Assembly (NCBI GenBank): GCA_018651605.1
Contig: JABIDS010000003.1
Location: 26,342 to 90,341 of the forward strand
From: an archaeon
GTDB lineage: Archaea; Nanobdellota; Nanobdellia; Pacearchaeales; GW2011-AR1
DNA length: 64,000 bases
Direction: 5' to 3'
Shown one piece after another: positions 31,642 through 42,340 of the stretch. Positions within the stretch are counted from its first letter, which is position 1, and every line of letters starts with the position of its first letter. The position numbers and the translations under genes were made by a program. The notes beneath the pieces are model-generated. The model was not told where the DNA came from and ran no database searches. It worked only from the letters and a program-made list of their open reading frames with translations.

Positions 31642-32460
31642 TCACTTCCCAGCTTCTTTTCTAATTTTCTCTAAATTTTCCTTATCTTTCTTTAATGCAT
31701 CTTCAGCTTGTTTCAACTTATATTTCTTATTCCTAATATCCTTAATCTCAATTTCAGCTTCTTTAATTCTTCTTTCAGCATCAGCAAGTTCCAAATCCTC
31801 GTCGATAACATCATCCTTATCTCTAATCTTTACAATCGATTTAGATTTTTTCCCTTTATTTTTCTTAAGTCTCATAATCACAAAAACAACAATAACAATC
31901 GCAATAATTAATCCTACAAAATAACCAACAATTCTAAAATTAAAATTTTTACCCCTTCCAATAACATCACCAGTTATAGAACTTTCTTCACTAACAACTT
32001 CCTCAACAACCTCTTCTACCACCTCAATTGTTTCTTCTACAACAGACTCGTCTACATCTTCTTCCTCTATAATCTCTTCTTTACCAATATACTCTAACTT
32101 AGGCTCATTAGTATTTAAGTTAACAATTATCTCATTACCTGCCTCAACCATATTAAATTTAGCATAATTAGATTCTGAACCATTAACTCCACTATTAAAT
32201 GGTTTAAACACTCCACCCTTTTGAACAGTAATAGAAAATCTAAGAAGCTTATCCTCTGAACTAAAACTAACCTCTACCCTCCCCTGTTCATCACCTTTCT
32301 CAAAAAAATCACTTCCAATCCCCCTACCAGTATTCAAATCTAAAAATTTTAAAACAATATCTGCATCAGGCTCACTTTGAATAGTTATTTTTGTATCTAA
32401 AGCAACAACTAATGGAAGTAAATACACCATTAAAATCAACAATACTATCTTTCTATTCAT
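31642..32460 (-). CDS. Membrane protein with C-terminal coiled coil
   Basis: Signal peptide from MNRKIV, acidic linker, SITGDVI + TM, charged coiled-coil tail. Confidence 0.7.
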   Translation of the reverse strand: MNRKIVLLILMVYLLPLVVALDTKITIQSEPDADIVLKFLDLNTGRGIGSDFFEKGDEQGRVEVSFSSEDKLLRFSITVQKGGVFKPFNSGVNGSESNYAKFNMVEAGNEIIVNLNTNEPKLEYIGKEEIIEEEDVDESVVEETIEVVEEVVEEVVSEESSITGDVIGRGKNFNFRIVGYFVGLIIAIVIVVFVIMRLKKNKGKKSKSIVKIRDKDDVIDEDLELADAERRIKEAEIEIKDIRNKKYKLKQAEDALKKDKENLEKIRKEAGK

Positions 32461-32526
32461 CCTCTTTTTATAACCTCTAATATTTCTAAAACTTTTTTCT
32501 TTATAAAGTTTTCCATACTTCAATGT

Positions 32527-32865
32527 TCAAATATTTATAGTAATAACTAAACTATCTAAATCAACAATAGGTTTTAATCTGTCTCTGCCATCTTTATGTG
32601 AAGAGATTAGCTCTATAAATCCAAACTGCTCTAAAACCTTTATATCCTGTCGAACAGCTTTAAAATCTCTTCCCAAAAGCTTTGCTAGAGAATAGATAGA
32701 ATCAGGTTGTTTTGTTTTAGTGACGTGCAATAACCTAGCTTTTTCATTAGATAAAAGATGTCTTAACACAGAAATATCCGAATCTTTTCTCTTACCAAAA
32801 AAAGAAGTAAAAGAACCACTTTTTTCAACAATATTTATTGATTTATTTTTTATCCTCTTAGCCAT
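32527..32865 (-). CDS. Winged-HTH transcriptional regulator (HVO_A0114-like)
   Basis: LLSNEKARLL...PDSIYSLAKLLGRDFKAVRQDIKVLEQFGFI. Confidence 0.8.
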   Translation of the reverse strand: MAKRIKNKSINIVEKSGSFTSFFGKRKDSDISVLRHLLSNEKARLLHVTKTKQPDSIYSLAKLLGRDFKAVRQDIKVLEQFGFIELISSHKDGRDRLKPIVDLDSLVITINI

Positions 32866-33129
32866 AAAACTTACAATAAACCATACTATATAAATTTTTC
32901 CATATATCTACAATATATACTTATTAGTTAGGGGGGATTTTAAAACATATATGTTAGAAAATAAACCCCTTAAAAAATTAACAAAATAAGAAGAAAAATA
33001 AATTATGAAACTACAATTAAGTTACACCATCATATTTATAAACAAACTCCTTAAATATATAATTTATCACTCAAATTTACAAAAAATATTACGAAACATT
33101 TTTAAACTAAATTAAATATAGATTATTAA

Positions 33130-33151
33130 TATCTAATAAAAGTATTAGATA
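33130..33151. promoter_or_regulatory. Inverted repeat upstream of the S-layer gene (candidate operator)
   Basis: TATCTAATA-AAAG-TATTAGATA about 25 nt downstream of a TTTTAAA box; SD GGAGGT at about 33257. Confidence 0.45.
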
Positions 33152-33274
33152 AAAAAACTGGCCAGATAATACAGTGTTCCAATAGCAAAAACAGAAAAGA
33201 GTGTTTAAGGTGTATTCCAATATACAAATTAGGCATAAGAGTTATGATTGTTGAAAGGAGGTAAATAAAAAGAA

Positions 33275-35707
33275 ATGAAATTTAATTATAAAAAGATAGC
33301 ATCTATATTCGCAAGCGCGGTAATGCTTTCAAGCACTGTTGGTTTTGCAGCAGCTGCAGCTTATCCAATGCCATTCGTAAATGGAGGCGTTGCTGATGGA
33401 GCAGTAGTTGTAGGAACAGCAGCAGATGTTCGAGACTGGACAGCTGGAATGAGTGTTCAAGCAGATTTAAATACCGGAGTTGCAGGAAGTGCAGGAGAAT
33501 CAGTACTTACTGGTACTGCATGGAAAGTTTCAACAAGCTCGGATAATTTAGAACTTGGAGAAGCAATTAATAGTGTAGAAAGCTACATTGGTGATGAAGA
33601 CTTACCAGTTTTAGGAAATGGAGAAATTTCTAATGAAAAAGGAACAGCTAAATACGAACAATTCTTATATTTTGATGATCCTACTTCACAAGTAGATTAT
33701 CAACAAGATGACGATGACAATATAGGATTAATGTTTAAAGTAGTAAGTGGACAATCTTTCGCAAGATATGTAATGGATTTTACAACAAATCTAAAATCAG
33801 ATATTACTTCTGCGGATGTTTTAGAAGATATTGAAGATGAAGCAATAACTATAATAGGCAAAGCCTATACTATTACTAAGGCAATAAATACTACAACAGG
33901 TACACAACTTACTTTAATGAGTGGAGCTGATAAAACAACTGTTGCAAATGGTGAAGAAATTGTTGTTGGAGGAAAAGCAGTTAGTGTTACGGTAACAGCA
34001 ACAAATTCAGCAGAATTTACAGTTGATGGAGAATCTACTAATGCAATGGATAAGGGAGACACTTATAAGTTAAATGATGGAACTTATTTAGGTGTTGCAA
34101 AAATAACTTATCAAAACTTTGCAGGTGGTATAATGCAGGCAAGCTTTTATTTAGGAGCTGATAAAATTCAGATGAATAACGGTTCAGCAATAGAAGTAAA
34201 TGCAGAAACAATTGATGATGCAGTAGCTACTATATCTGAAACTATTTCAGGAGGAGATATTTCAATTTCTGAAATAAGTGTAAACATGACTGCAGAAGAT
34301 GATTTATATGTTCCTATTGATGGAAAACTAAGTGAAGCAGATGATTTAGATGAACCTCAAGCTTTATTAACTCAAAACTGGGATATAGAATTTAAAGGTT
34401 TAGAAACTGTTGATACAGAAGATATGAAACTTCAACCTACAGCTTCTGATAAAAAATATCAGCTAACTATGACTAATTCAGATGGAAATACTTTTGACAT
34501 CCCTTTGTTTTATACAAATAATTCAGGTATTTATCCAGGATTAAAAGCAAGTGAAGAATTAAGATTAGTAAATAATATAACAAATTCTAGTCTTGCTGGT
34601 CTATTTGCTATAGATAAAGGAGATTACTTCATTCTAAACACTGCAGACCCTAAAGTTCCAGGAAACAATGCAAAGAGTTTCTTAGTTCAATATAAAGGTT
34701 CTGATAAAGTTACAGCATCAAGCCCAGTAGGGAAATTTGATGTTAAAGGCGTAGGTGAGAAAGAAGCAAGTATTAATACTGGAGGAAACATGACTCTAAA
34801 ACTTGGAGGAAGTGAATTCGCATTCGACAATATGAGTACTGGAACTTCAGATAACTTTAAGATTGCATTAAATGGAGTCGGTTATTATGATGGAGATGCT
34901 ACAGGTCAAGGACCTTGGGAAGCCAACGGTTCAGTTTCAATGTATCTTAGAACAAAAAACAATGCTCTAGTTAATATTACTGATACTGGAATAACTAATA
35001 TAGCTGACGGATTAGGTAGCGAGTTTGATTCAGCATTTATGTACTTAAATGTAACAGTAGACGATGCGAACAAAGACGGTGATGATGTAACATTAGCACA
35101 AGCTAGTTCACAAGCAATATTTACTGCAAAGTTTAACCATAGTCAAGATGCTGATGCAAGTGCAACAGTAACTGATAATGGAGCATGGATTTCAGACCCT
35201 GATAATAGTGATATAACTACGTACCGAACACAATATGGTGCAGATATCACTGCAACAGACCCTGATTCAGCACCAGTTACAATAGAATTAACAATTCCAG
35301 AAACTGTTGTAGAACCTTTAGTCTATGTAAGTTCAGGAGATATTACTGTAAGCACAGGCTCAACAGGAACCGGCGGACAAGTATTGTTTGTTAAAGATAG
35401 TGCATCAGATGTTGCAAGTGTAGAAGATAAGAACCTATTAGTTGTAGGTGGAAGTTGTATTAATAAAGTAGCTGCGAAAATATTAGGAAGTGATACTCCT
35501 TTATGTGATGCAGCGTTTACTGCTAAAACAAATGTTGGAGCAGGACAATACATTATTAAAACAGTTGAATCACCATACAATGCTGAAAAGATTGCAATGT
35601 TGGTTGCAGGTTATGCAGCAGCAGACACAGAAAATGCTGTAGCAACTGCAAAAGACGGAGCATCATCAGAGATTGGTGAACAAGTTTATCCTATGGTAAC
35701 TGCATAA
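33275..35707 (+). CDS. S-layer protein (Methanococcales/DPANN type)
   Basis: MKFNYKKIASI signal; C-terminal NLLVVGGSCINKVAA and LVAGYAAADT motifs; many NxS/T sequons; strong SD. Confidence 0.85.
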   Translation: MKFNYKKIASIFASAVMLSSTVGFAAAAAYPMPFVNGGVADGAVVVGTAADVRDWTAGMSVQADLNTGVAGSAGESVLTGTAWKVSTSSDNLELGEAINSVESYIGDEDLPVLGNGEISNEKGTAKYEQFLYFDDPTSQVDYQQDDDDNIGLMFKVVSGQSFARYVMDFTTNLKSDITSADVLEDIEDEAITIIGKAYTITKAINTTTGTQLTLMSGADKTTVANGEEIVVGGKAVSVTVTATNSAEFTVDGESTNAMDKGDTYKLNDGTYLGVAKITYQNFAGGIMQASFYLGADKIQMNNGSAIEVNAETIDDAVATISETISGGDISISEISVNMTAEDDLYVPIDGKLSEADDLDEPQALLTQNWDIEFKGLETVDTEDMKLQPTASDKKYQLTMTNSDGNTFDIPLFYTNNSGIYPGLKASEELRLVNNITNSSLAGLFAIDKGDYFILNTADPKVPGNNAKSFLVQYKGSDKVTASSPVGKFDVKGVGEKEASINTGGNMTLKLGGSEFAFDNMSTGTSDNFKIALNGVGYYDGDATGQGPWEANGSVSMYLRTKNNALVNITDTGITNIADGLGSEFDSAFMYLNVTVDDANKDGDDVTLAQASSQAIFTAKFNHSQDADASATVTDNGAWISDPDNSDITTYRTQYGADITATDPDSAPVTIELTIPETVVEPLVYVSSGDITVSTGSTGTGGQVLFVKDSASDVASVEDKNLLVVGGSCINKVAAKILGSDTPLCDAAFTAKTNVGAGQYIIKTVESPYNAEKIAMLVAGYAAADTENAVATAKDGASSEIGEQVYPMVTA

Positions 35708-35745
35708 GTTTATTTTTCTTTTTTCTTTTTTCTTTTATTTTTTAC
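35708..35745 (+). terminator. Oligo-T archaeal terminator
   Basis: TTTATTTTTCTTTTTTCTTTTTTCTTTTATTTTTT directly after the stop. Confidence 0.7.
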
Positions 35746-35828
35746 CTCTTGGCGTTAGCCAAACTAAAAATAATATAAAAAATTTCAATCATCAAAAACC
35801 TTTTAAACAACTTCTACCATATTCAACC

Positions 35829-36410
35829 ATGAAAAAATTACTAACAAAAAAACAACAACAAAAAAAAGATAGAAGAAATCAATTAATAGTAGGAATACTT
35901 CTTATAGCTTTAATGCTCTTTAGCACTCTTGGATACGCACTAGGGGGGAAAAGCACAGAAGATGCAAAAAACAAGGTAGATTACAAAGACATAACATTCA
36001 CAAAAACTTCAGGATATTGGTCTTTCAATTATCAAGGAACAACATTCAACACACTCTATAATCCAACAGAATTACAAGATATCCCTGTCCTAACACAATC
36101 AACATTACAATCTTTCTCACAAAAAACATTATATTTTGTAGGAGAATTTGGAGAATCTGCCTCAGAAATAGCTAGAAACCTAAACCCCTTTGTCCTAAGA
36201 ATAAACAATGCATGTCTACCCAACACAAATTGTACGACAGACTCTCCAACAAAAAACATCTCAACAGACAACATAATAGTCTTCCAAGAACCAACAGAAA
36301 ACCAACAAGAAAACATCTACCAACAAGAAAAAGCAATATTCATAACAGCCTCATACACAAACCAAACAAAATTAGCAGACGCACTATTATTCAAAATACT
36401 TGGAATTTAA
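35829..36410 (+). CDS. N-terminally anchored membrane protein
   Basis: Basic N-terminus, TM, extracellular domain with a Cys pair. Confidence 0.7.
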   Translation: MKKLLTKKQQQKKDRRNQLIVGILLIALMLFSTLGYALGGKSTEDAKNKVDYKDITFTKTSGYWSFNYQGTTFNTLYNPTELQDIPVLTQSTLQSFSQKTLYFVGEFGESASEIARNLNPFVLRINNACLPNTNCTTDSPTKNISTDNIIVFQEPTENQQENIYQQEKAIFITASYTNQTKLADALLFKILGI

Positions 36411-36449
36411 TTACACAATATTTAAAAACTAATTCCAACACATAATACC

Positions 36450-37223
36450 ATGAAAAAAGAAGAAAAACAGACAAATTCTGAAAATTCACAAAAATCTGAT
36501 TCAACAGAAGAACCTAAAGAAATCAAAGAAACTGAAACTTCAGATTCAAAAAAAGAAGACTTAGAACAAAAAACAAAACAAAACAAAACAATCATTATAG
36601 CAATTGCCTTAATGGCTTCAGTGCTCTTAATAATGTTCTTAGTCCCTTACATAAAACACAATTATTTTAATAAATTTGAATACATGCGACTTGATTTCCA
36701 AAAAACCCAACTAGGAGATTTATATTTTTATTCAACAAGTATACCTGTAGCAAATCCAGAGGCAACAGAAGTAGTAGGAGAATATTTAATGCCCTACAAT
36801 CGATACGACCCAAGAGAATTAGATTACATAGAAGTAAATACTCCTTATGAAAAAATAATGTTTAAAAGAGATAATAAAACAATCTTCGTCACACTTGATC
36901 CTGAAATGGACCATTGCCCAGATAACACGATAGCATTAAGCAACCTTGCAGGATTTTTAAGAGACTTTGCAAAATATGAAATAGAAACAGCAGTCAGCGA
37001 TGAAGAATATGCAAACTCTAGCAAAATGAATTATGTAACTTGCGACACATATCCAGACGCAATAACTCTCTCAATCACAAGTGGAGATAAAACAGAAATA
37101 AGAAAAAGAGGAGGAAATTGTTACATCCTAACCTATAACAATTGCGAAATTATTCCAGTAACTGAAAAATTTATTTGGACAGTCTTAAAAGATTATCTAA
37201 AAGGCTTCCAAAAGAATAAATGA
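36450..37223 (+). CDS. N-terminally anchored membrane protein, probably a distant paralog of 35829
   Basis: TM followed by F.K....Y / P.EL..I motifs. Confidence 0.7.
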   Translation: MKKEEKQTNSENSQKSDSTEEPKEIKETETSDSKKEDLEQKTKQNKTIIIAIALMASVLLIMFLVPYIKHNYFNKFEYMRLDFQKTQLGDLYFYSTSIPVANPEATEVVGEYLMPYNRYDPRELDYIEVNTPYEKIMFKRDNKTIFVTLDPEMDHCPDNTIALSNLAGFLRDFAKYEIETAVSDEEYANSSKMNYVTCDTYPDAITLSITSGDKTEIRKRGGNCYILTYNNCEIIPVTEKFIWTVLKDYLKGFQKNK

Positions 37224-38080
37224 AAACAATCTTACTTTTCCTAAAAGGAGTCCTCATGGGAATATGCGACTTAATCCCAGGAATATCTGGAGGCACAATA
37301 GCATTCATAACAGGCATCTATCCAAAATTAATCTCTTCAGTAAAAGCATTCTCACCACAATTACTAAAAAATTTAATCACATATCCATTTAACAAAAACC
37401 AACAATTAAAACAAAACCTCAAAGCCCTAAATCTCCCATTCCTAATCACCCTTTTCCTAGGAATCGCAACAGCACTACTCTTAGGATCAAAATTAATAAA
37501 ATTCCTTTTAGAAAATTACTTTGCCTACACTCTCGCATTCTTCATAGGATTAATCATAATCTCTTCTAAAATCCTATTCACCCATATAAAAAACCACAAA
37601 CCTTTAAACATTTCATTCGGAATAATCGGTTTTATAATAGGACTCTCATTCATAATCCTTATACCTGCATCAATAACTCCAACACCTCTTTACATATTCC
37701 TAGGAGGCTTCATAGCAATAAGCGCCATGTTTCTTCCAGGAATCTCTGGCTCATTCATCCTTCTAATTCTAGGACTCTATGAATTCATGATTAACGCCCT
37801 CCATGATCCAACACACAACATAAAAATAATCCTAATATTTTTAATAGGGGCAATCCACGGAGCATTCGCAATATCAAGACTAATCTCTTACCTTTTCAAA
37901 AAAGATAAATGCAAAACAATCTATGTATTATTAGGACTCGTCCTAGGAGCATTAAGCATCCCCATCAAACAAATAATCCAATCACAACCCTCTAATTGGC
38001 CATTAATAGCAATCTATTTCGCATTAGGAATATTATCCATAACAATCATAACTCACTTCCAAGAAAAATTCATCGCTTAA
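37220..38080 (+). CDS. DUF368 family (polyprenyl-phosphate translocase-like) membrane protein
   Basis: KGVLMGICDLIPGISGGTIAFITGIY and AMFLPGISGSFILLILGLY. Confidence 0.9.
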   Translation: MKTILLFLKGVLMGICDLIPGISGGTIAFITGIYPKLISSVKAFSPQLLKNLITYPFNKNQQLKQNLKALNLPFLITLFLGIATALLLGSKLIKFLLENYFAYTLAFFIGLIIISSKILFTHIKNHKPLNISFGIIGFIIGLSFIILIPASITPTPLYIFLGGFIAISAMFLPGISGSFILLILGLYEFMINALHDPTHNIKIILIFLIGAIHGAFAISRLISYLFKKDKCKTIYVLLGLVLGALSIPIKQIIQSQPSNWPLIAIYFALGILSITIITHFQEKFIA

Positions 38081-38663
38081 CTTTCTTCTTCCCCTTAACC
38101 TTTCTCTTCCCAACACCCTTAATCTTCTTCCCCACAACCTTCTTCCCCCTTATCCTCCCCACCAAAAACCTAACATCACTATAAACAGGAATCTCTTTAA
38201 TCTTAAACAACTTAACATTCCAAAACCAAATTCCAACAACAAAAACACTACTCAAACCATACCAAAGTAATTTATGACTAAAATCAAATAACACATTATC
38301 CCCAACATACATCCAAGTCAAAAAAACAATCCTCACAACATTCAAAACAAACAACACAAAAAAAGAAAACAAAATACTCTTAACTCTCTTCACCCAATCC
38401 ATTCTAACCGAAAGATTCAAAATCAACAACAACAAATATGCAGAACCAGCAACACATGCAGGAACAATCTCAATAATTTTATCAAAACCAATACTAATAA
38501 AACTCCCAGAAACACTAACATTCTCAAAAAACAACCTCAAAATAAAAACAACACTCCCAATAGTAATCAAACTAAACACAAAATAAATCAACCCAATAGA
38601 AAACATTAAACTCAACAAAACCAAATACCTAACAACAACCAAAAACTCTTTTTCAATTTTCAT
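38070..38663 (-). CDS. Archaeosortase/exosortase family protein (pacearchaeosortase-like)
   Basis: Multi-TM; IEIVPAC catalytic Cys, NVVR Arg, downstream H (FSHK). Confidence 0.75.
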   Translation of the reverse strand: MKIEKEFLVVVRYLVLLSLMFSIGLIYFVFSLITIGSVVFILRLFFENVSVSGSFISIGFDKIIEIVPACVAGSAYLLLLILNLSVRMDWVKRVKSILFSFFVLFVLNVVRIVFLTWMYVGDNVLFDFSHKLLWYGLSSVFVVGIWFWNVKLFKIKEIPVYSDVRFLVGRIRGKKVVGKKIKGVGKRKVKGKKKVKR

Positions 38664-38711
38664 AATAACAATAACACAAACCTATTTAAATAATTAATCA
38701 TAAACACTTAT

Positions 38712-39344
38712 ATGAAAAAAAGAGACTATCCATTAATAATTCTCCTCCTAACAACAATTCTCACACTAATCACATTTATCTACGACTCTCAAATAATAAG
38801 ATTCATCCAACCTTTACACAACGCAAAATTAGATTACATATTCAACAGCGTAGCATACGCATCTAACATTCTAATAATCTTCTTTTTCCTAACATCTCTA
38901 TTTCTCTGGAAAGAACATAAAAGACGCTGGATACTCCCCCTATGGCTCTCAGGAGTCATCTCAATAGCAATAAGTTACATTCTAAAAGTATCTGTTCACC
39001 GTCTAAGACCTTTCCAAAAAGAACCTATAGAAATATTCGTAACAATCCTATATTTCATGAAAGACAACTTCAACACCTGGAACTTTTCATTCCCTTCATT
39101 CCAATCAATGTTCGTCTTCTCATCACTCCCAATACTCACAAAAGAATTCCCAAGATTCAAATATATCTGGCTCATATTCGCCTGCCTTGTAGCATTCTCA
39201 AGAGTTTACTTTGGAGCCCATTATCTTTCAGATGTCATGGCTGGAGCAATCATTGGGTATTTAATTGGATATATAATAGTAAAACTAGAAGAAAAATATC
39301 AGACGAGTTTAAGGATTACAAAAAAATTAAAACTAGCTAAATAA
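38712..39344 (+). CDS. PAP2 family phosphatase
   Basis: K(x6)RP, SFPS (FQ in place of GH), SRVYFGAHYLSDV. Confidence 0.85.
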   Translation: MKKRDYPLIILLLTTILTLITFIYDSQIIRFIQPLHNAKLDYIFNSVAYASNILIIFFFLTSLFLWKEHKRRWILPLWLSGVISIAISYILKVSVHRLRPFQKEPIEIFVTILYFMKDNFNTWNFSFPSFQSMFVFSSLPILTKEFPRFKYIWLIFACLVAFSRVYFGAHYLSDVMAGAIIGYLIGYIIVKLEEKYQTSLRITKKLKLAK

Positions 39345-39411
39345 AATAAAAAATTACTAGACCCTCAGCTTCTCTCGCGTAGATACATTCGCTCCGCTCA
39401 TCTTATTCTAT

Positions 39412-39449
39412 GTCGCTCTCGCACCTGACTTCGTCAAGGCGTTTCGCTA
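39412..39449 (-). repeat. Inverted copy of the 5966..6002 hairpin element
   Basis: Reverse complement AGCGAAACGCCTTGACGAAGTCAGGTGCGAGAGCGAC. Confidence 0.75.
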
Positions 39450-39560
39450 ATTTTCTTAATATCTCCCTAAATATTATCTCGATGTTTGAACAACCAAAGA
39501 AAACTCATCTCCAAAAATAAAACCCTCTAACAACTTATCAAGACTGCAAGGGTTCAGAAA

Positions 39561-39592
39561 GGGAAAGTGCGAAGCACGGATTTTCGCGGAGG
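39561..39592 (+). repeat. 32-bp repeat identical to 51582..51613
   Basis: GGGAAAGTGCGAAGCACGGATTTTCGCGGAGG. Confidence 0.9.
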
Positions 39593-39638
39593 CGGAAACT
39601 AAAACATCATAAAACAAAACTAATAACCAAAATAACAA

Positions 39639-41555
39639 TTATTCATAAACTTCTCTAGGTCTAACCATACTTCGAATAACCAAGATTATAGCGATTATTA
39701 AAACTATATTTACCAAAACAATTATATAGATAAACCAGTTATTCTTAACATGCCCACTAAAAGCATCAAACTCAGCTTCATTACTTTCAATACTCAAAGC
39801 AACTTTCTGCTCAGCTTCACCTTCAGAAGAAACAGCCTTAATAGTTAATTCTTTATCTCCTTCAACATCTGAATCAATATCCAAAGCAATACTAACTTCC
39901 TTAGATTCTCCAGCTTCAATTGTAACAACTTGAGGATCAACTGAACTCAAACTTGACCATGCACTATTTCCAAAAACAGAAACAGTATATATCGCCTTCT
40001 CATCATCATTATTTATTAAAGTAGCTTTAATTATATATTTCTCACCAGCAACAGCATCAGGTGTTGACACATCATTAATTGCAGTTATCTGAACCTTAGC
40101 TCTTGAATCACTACATTGTCCTTCAACACTAATAAGTTTACTAAAAACAGATTCATCATCATCATTATTCTCAAAAACATCTCCATCTTCATCATAAACA
40201 GTAAACTTCAAAAAGTAGTTCTTCTCACTTGCATCTTCAGGAACCATAATACTAAAAGATCTTTTAACGTCTTCTAAGGTATCCATATCTCCAACATTAA
40301 CCTTTTCATTAATTCCTAACTCCTCATTAGTTATCATAACAAAAACATCTTCCTCTTCCTCTTCACCAACATTCCAAACAACAAAGTCACCAGATAATTC
40401 TTCACCACATGGAAGAACATCAGAAGTTAAATCAATATCATCAACAATCACAAAGTTGTCGTCTCTCATAATTGCAATATCTGTCTCTATTTCTTCAGTA
40501 CATTCAACATCTTCACCAAAGTTATTATCATCACTCCAAGCTTTAATATAAAACACAAAATCATTTTCATTATAATCTTCATCAAATTCTTCAGGATCAA
40601 GAACAAACTTAAAAGTCAAAGTCTCCCTTTCATCATCATCAAGATTAAACTCATTTTCTTCTTCTTCAATTATAAAATCACCAGACTCCTTATCATATAA
40701 TCCCCATTCAACAACAATATCATCAACATCATCATCACTATCAGTATTTTCAATTCTAACTTCAACTTCAATCTCATCAGTCAAATACCATTCATCTTTA
40801 TCCCCAATTCCATTGTTAGTAAACTTCAATTTATCAATTTCTAACATACCACCCATTTCACCAACTAAACAATATGTTCTCTCAACACTAATCTTTCCTA
40901 TGGCAGTTGTAGTTCCAGCCGTAACAGTTACACTAACATCATTTGTTCCAACTTCTAAATCATCTTTATCAATTGTAACATCAAATTCAACAGCTTCAGA
41001 AGCACCCGCAGCAAGACTTGAAATTGTTTTAGAATTAACTGTAAAATCAATACCTTCAACTTCTTCTAATTCAACTAAAACGCCAGTAAAATCAACATTA
41101 CCTGTATTTTCAACAACAATAATAACTGTTGTATCTGAAGGATTAATAGTAGTATCAGTAACAGTTAAAGATTTAGCTTCATTAATTGAAACTGTAGGAA
41201 TAGTAAGACTTTCAGAACCCCCTTGGCCACTAGGAGTTGCAGTAATAGTTCCTGCAAAATTTAAATTTTTATAAGAAGGAAAAGTAACAGTAGCAGTTAT
41301 AGGTAAAGTAGTAGTTGCATCAATATAATTATGCGAAAAAGAAACACTCGCACCATTATTTAAAGTATTACTCCAAGTAAGGTCTGCTTCAACACCTGTA
41401 TTTTCTAAATCAAAAGTAATAACAAAAGAACCATCATCATGATTTACTGATGTAGGTGCAACAACATTTGAAATATCTAAAGAAGCAGCACTAACAAAAG
41501 CCACGCTTAAAATCGCTGTCATTAAAATCAATGTGAATATTTTAGCTTTCATCAT
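39639..41555 (-). CDS. Cell-surface Ig-like/CARDB-type protein with C-terminal TM (S-layer associated)
   Basis: Signal peptide; repeated V.ENTG / V.NVG beta-sandwich motifs; acidic; C-terminal TM. Confidence 0.75.
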   Translation of the reverse strand: MMKAKIFTLILMTAILSVAFVSAASLDISNVVAPTSVNHDDGSFVITFDLENTGVEADLTWSNTLNNGASVSFSHNYIDATTTLPITATVTFPSYKNLNFAGTITATPSGQGGSESLTIPTVSINEAKSLTVTDTTINPSDTTVIIVVENTGNVDFTGVLVELEEVEGIDFTVNSKTISSLAAGASEAVEFDVTIDKDDLEVGTNDVSVTVTAGTTTAIGKISVERTYCLVGEMGGMLEIDKLKFTNNGIGDKDEWYLTDEIEVEVRIENTDSDDDVDDIVVEWGLYDKESGDFIIEEEENEFNLDDDERETLTFKFVLDPEEFDEDYNENDFVFYIKAWSDDNNFGEDVECTEEIETDIAIMRDDNFVIVDDIDLTSDVLPCGEELSGDFVVWNVGEEEEEDVFVMITNEELGINEKVNVGDMDTLEDVKRSFSIMVPEDASEKNYFLKFTVYDEDGDVFENNDDDESVFSKLISVEGQCSDSRAKVQITAINDVSTPDAVAGEKYIIKATLINNDDEKAIYTVSVFGNSAWSSLSSVDPQVVTIEAGESKEVSIALDIDSDVEGDKELTIKAVSSEGEAEQKVALSIESNEAEFDAFSGHVKNNWFIYIIVLVNIVLIIAIILVIRSMVRPREVYE

Positions 41556-41654
41556 GTTATAATTTTGTAGTTAGAACAGCTTTATAAGCATTATTGCTTT
41601 TTAGAATATAAACAAAATCACCAAAGCCAAGTAGTGAAATATACCAAAACTAAA

Positions 41655-42269
41655 TCATACCGTCGGCAATTCATTAATATTTATCACATCACTATTATCA
41701 TTCGCAAGTCCAGAACAAGCACTATTAACCCAAGAATCAATATTAAAATTCTCAAATTGCCCAACATCAACATTATCACAAACAAAAATCCAAGCCTCTT
41801 TCCCCTTCTTCTCCAACTTAACCTTCAACTCCTCTGCCTTCTTCATCCTTTCCTGTCCAGGTTTAGTAGAAACCAAAATTCCAACATTATCTGCCTTCAA
41901 AAACTTCATCAATGCAACCTTTTTCCTTCTAACAACATCCTCAACCTCAGACTTAGAAACCTTAACAATCTTAGAACCCTCTAACAAATAAACATCAGGA
42001 ACCTGCAAATATAAGTTAACAGCATGAAACCTTCCACTACCAACCAAAAACACAGGAACATCACTCTTAATCTTAGAACAACCCAAAACCTGCCGAAAAC
42101 CAGAAACAGTTATATTATAACCAGATAATTGTTTTTTAATACCTTGAGCCAAATCCTTATATTGTATACTATAAGCAAGAAATAATTTTTTAGGAAGTTT
42201 AGAAATTTCTTTTTTTGAGAGTTCAAACCCAGTTCCCTTCAATTTTGATTCAATATACAAAACTTTCAT
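41655..42269 (-). CDS. dph2: Diphthamide synthesis Dph1/Dph2 family protein, short form
   Basis: QVLGCS, GRFHA, GILVSTKPGQ, WVNSAC. Confidence 0.8.
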   Translation of the reverse strand: MKVLYIESKLKGTGFELSKKEISKLPKKLFLAYSIQYKDLAQGIKKQLSGYNITVSGFRQVLGCSKIKSDVPVFLVGSGRFHAVNLYLQVPDVYLLEGSKIVKVSKSEVEDVVRRKKVALMKFLKADNVGILVSTKPGQERMKKAEELKVKLEKKGKEAWIFVCDNVDVGQFENFNIDSWVNSACSGLANDNSDVININELPTV

Positions 42270-42340
42270 GAAAACACTATATAATAGGAGTATTTAAAAT
42301 TATCAATAAAACAAACAATCTAGATTTTCAAAACCATCCT

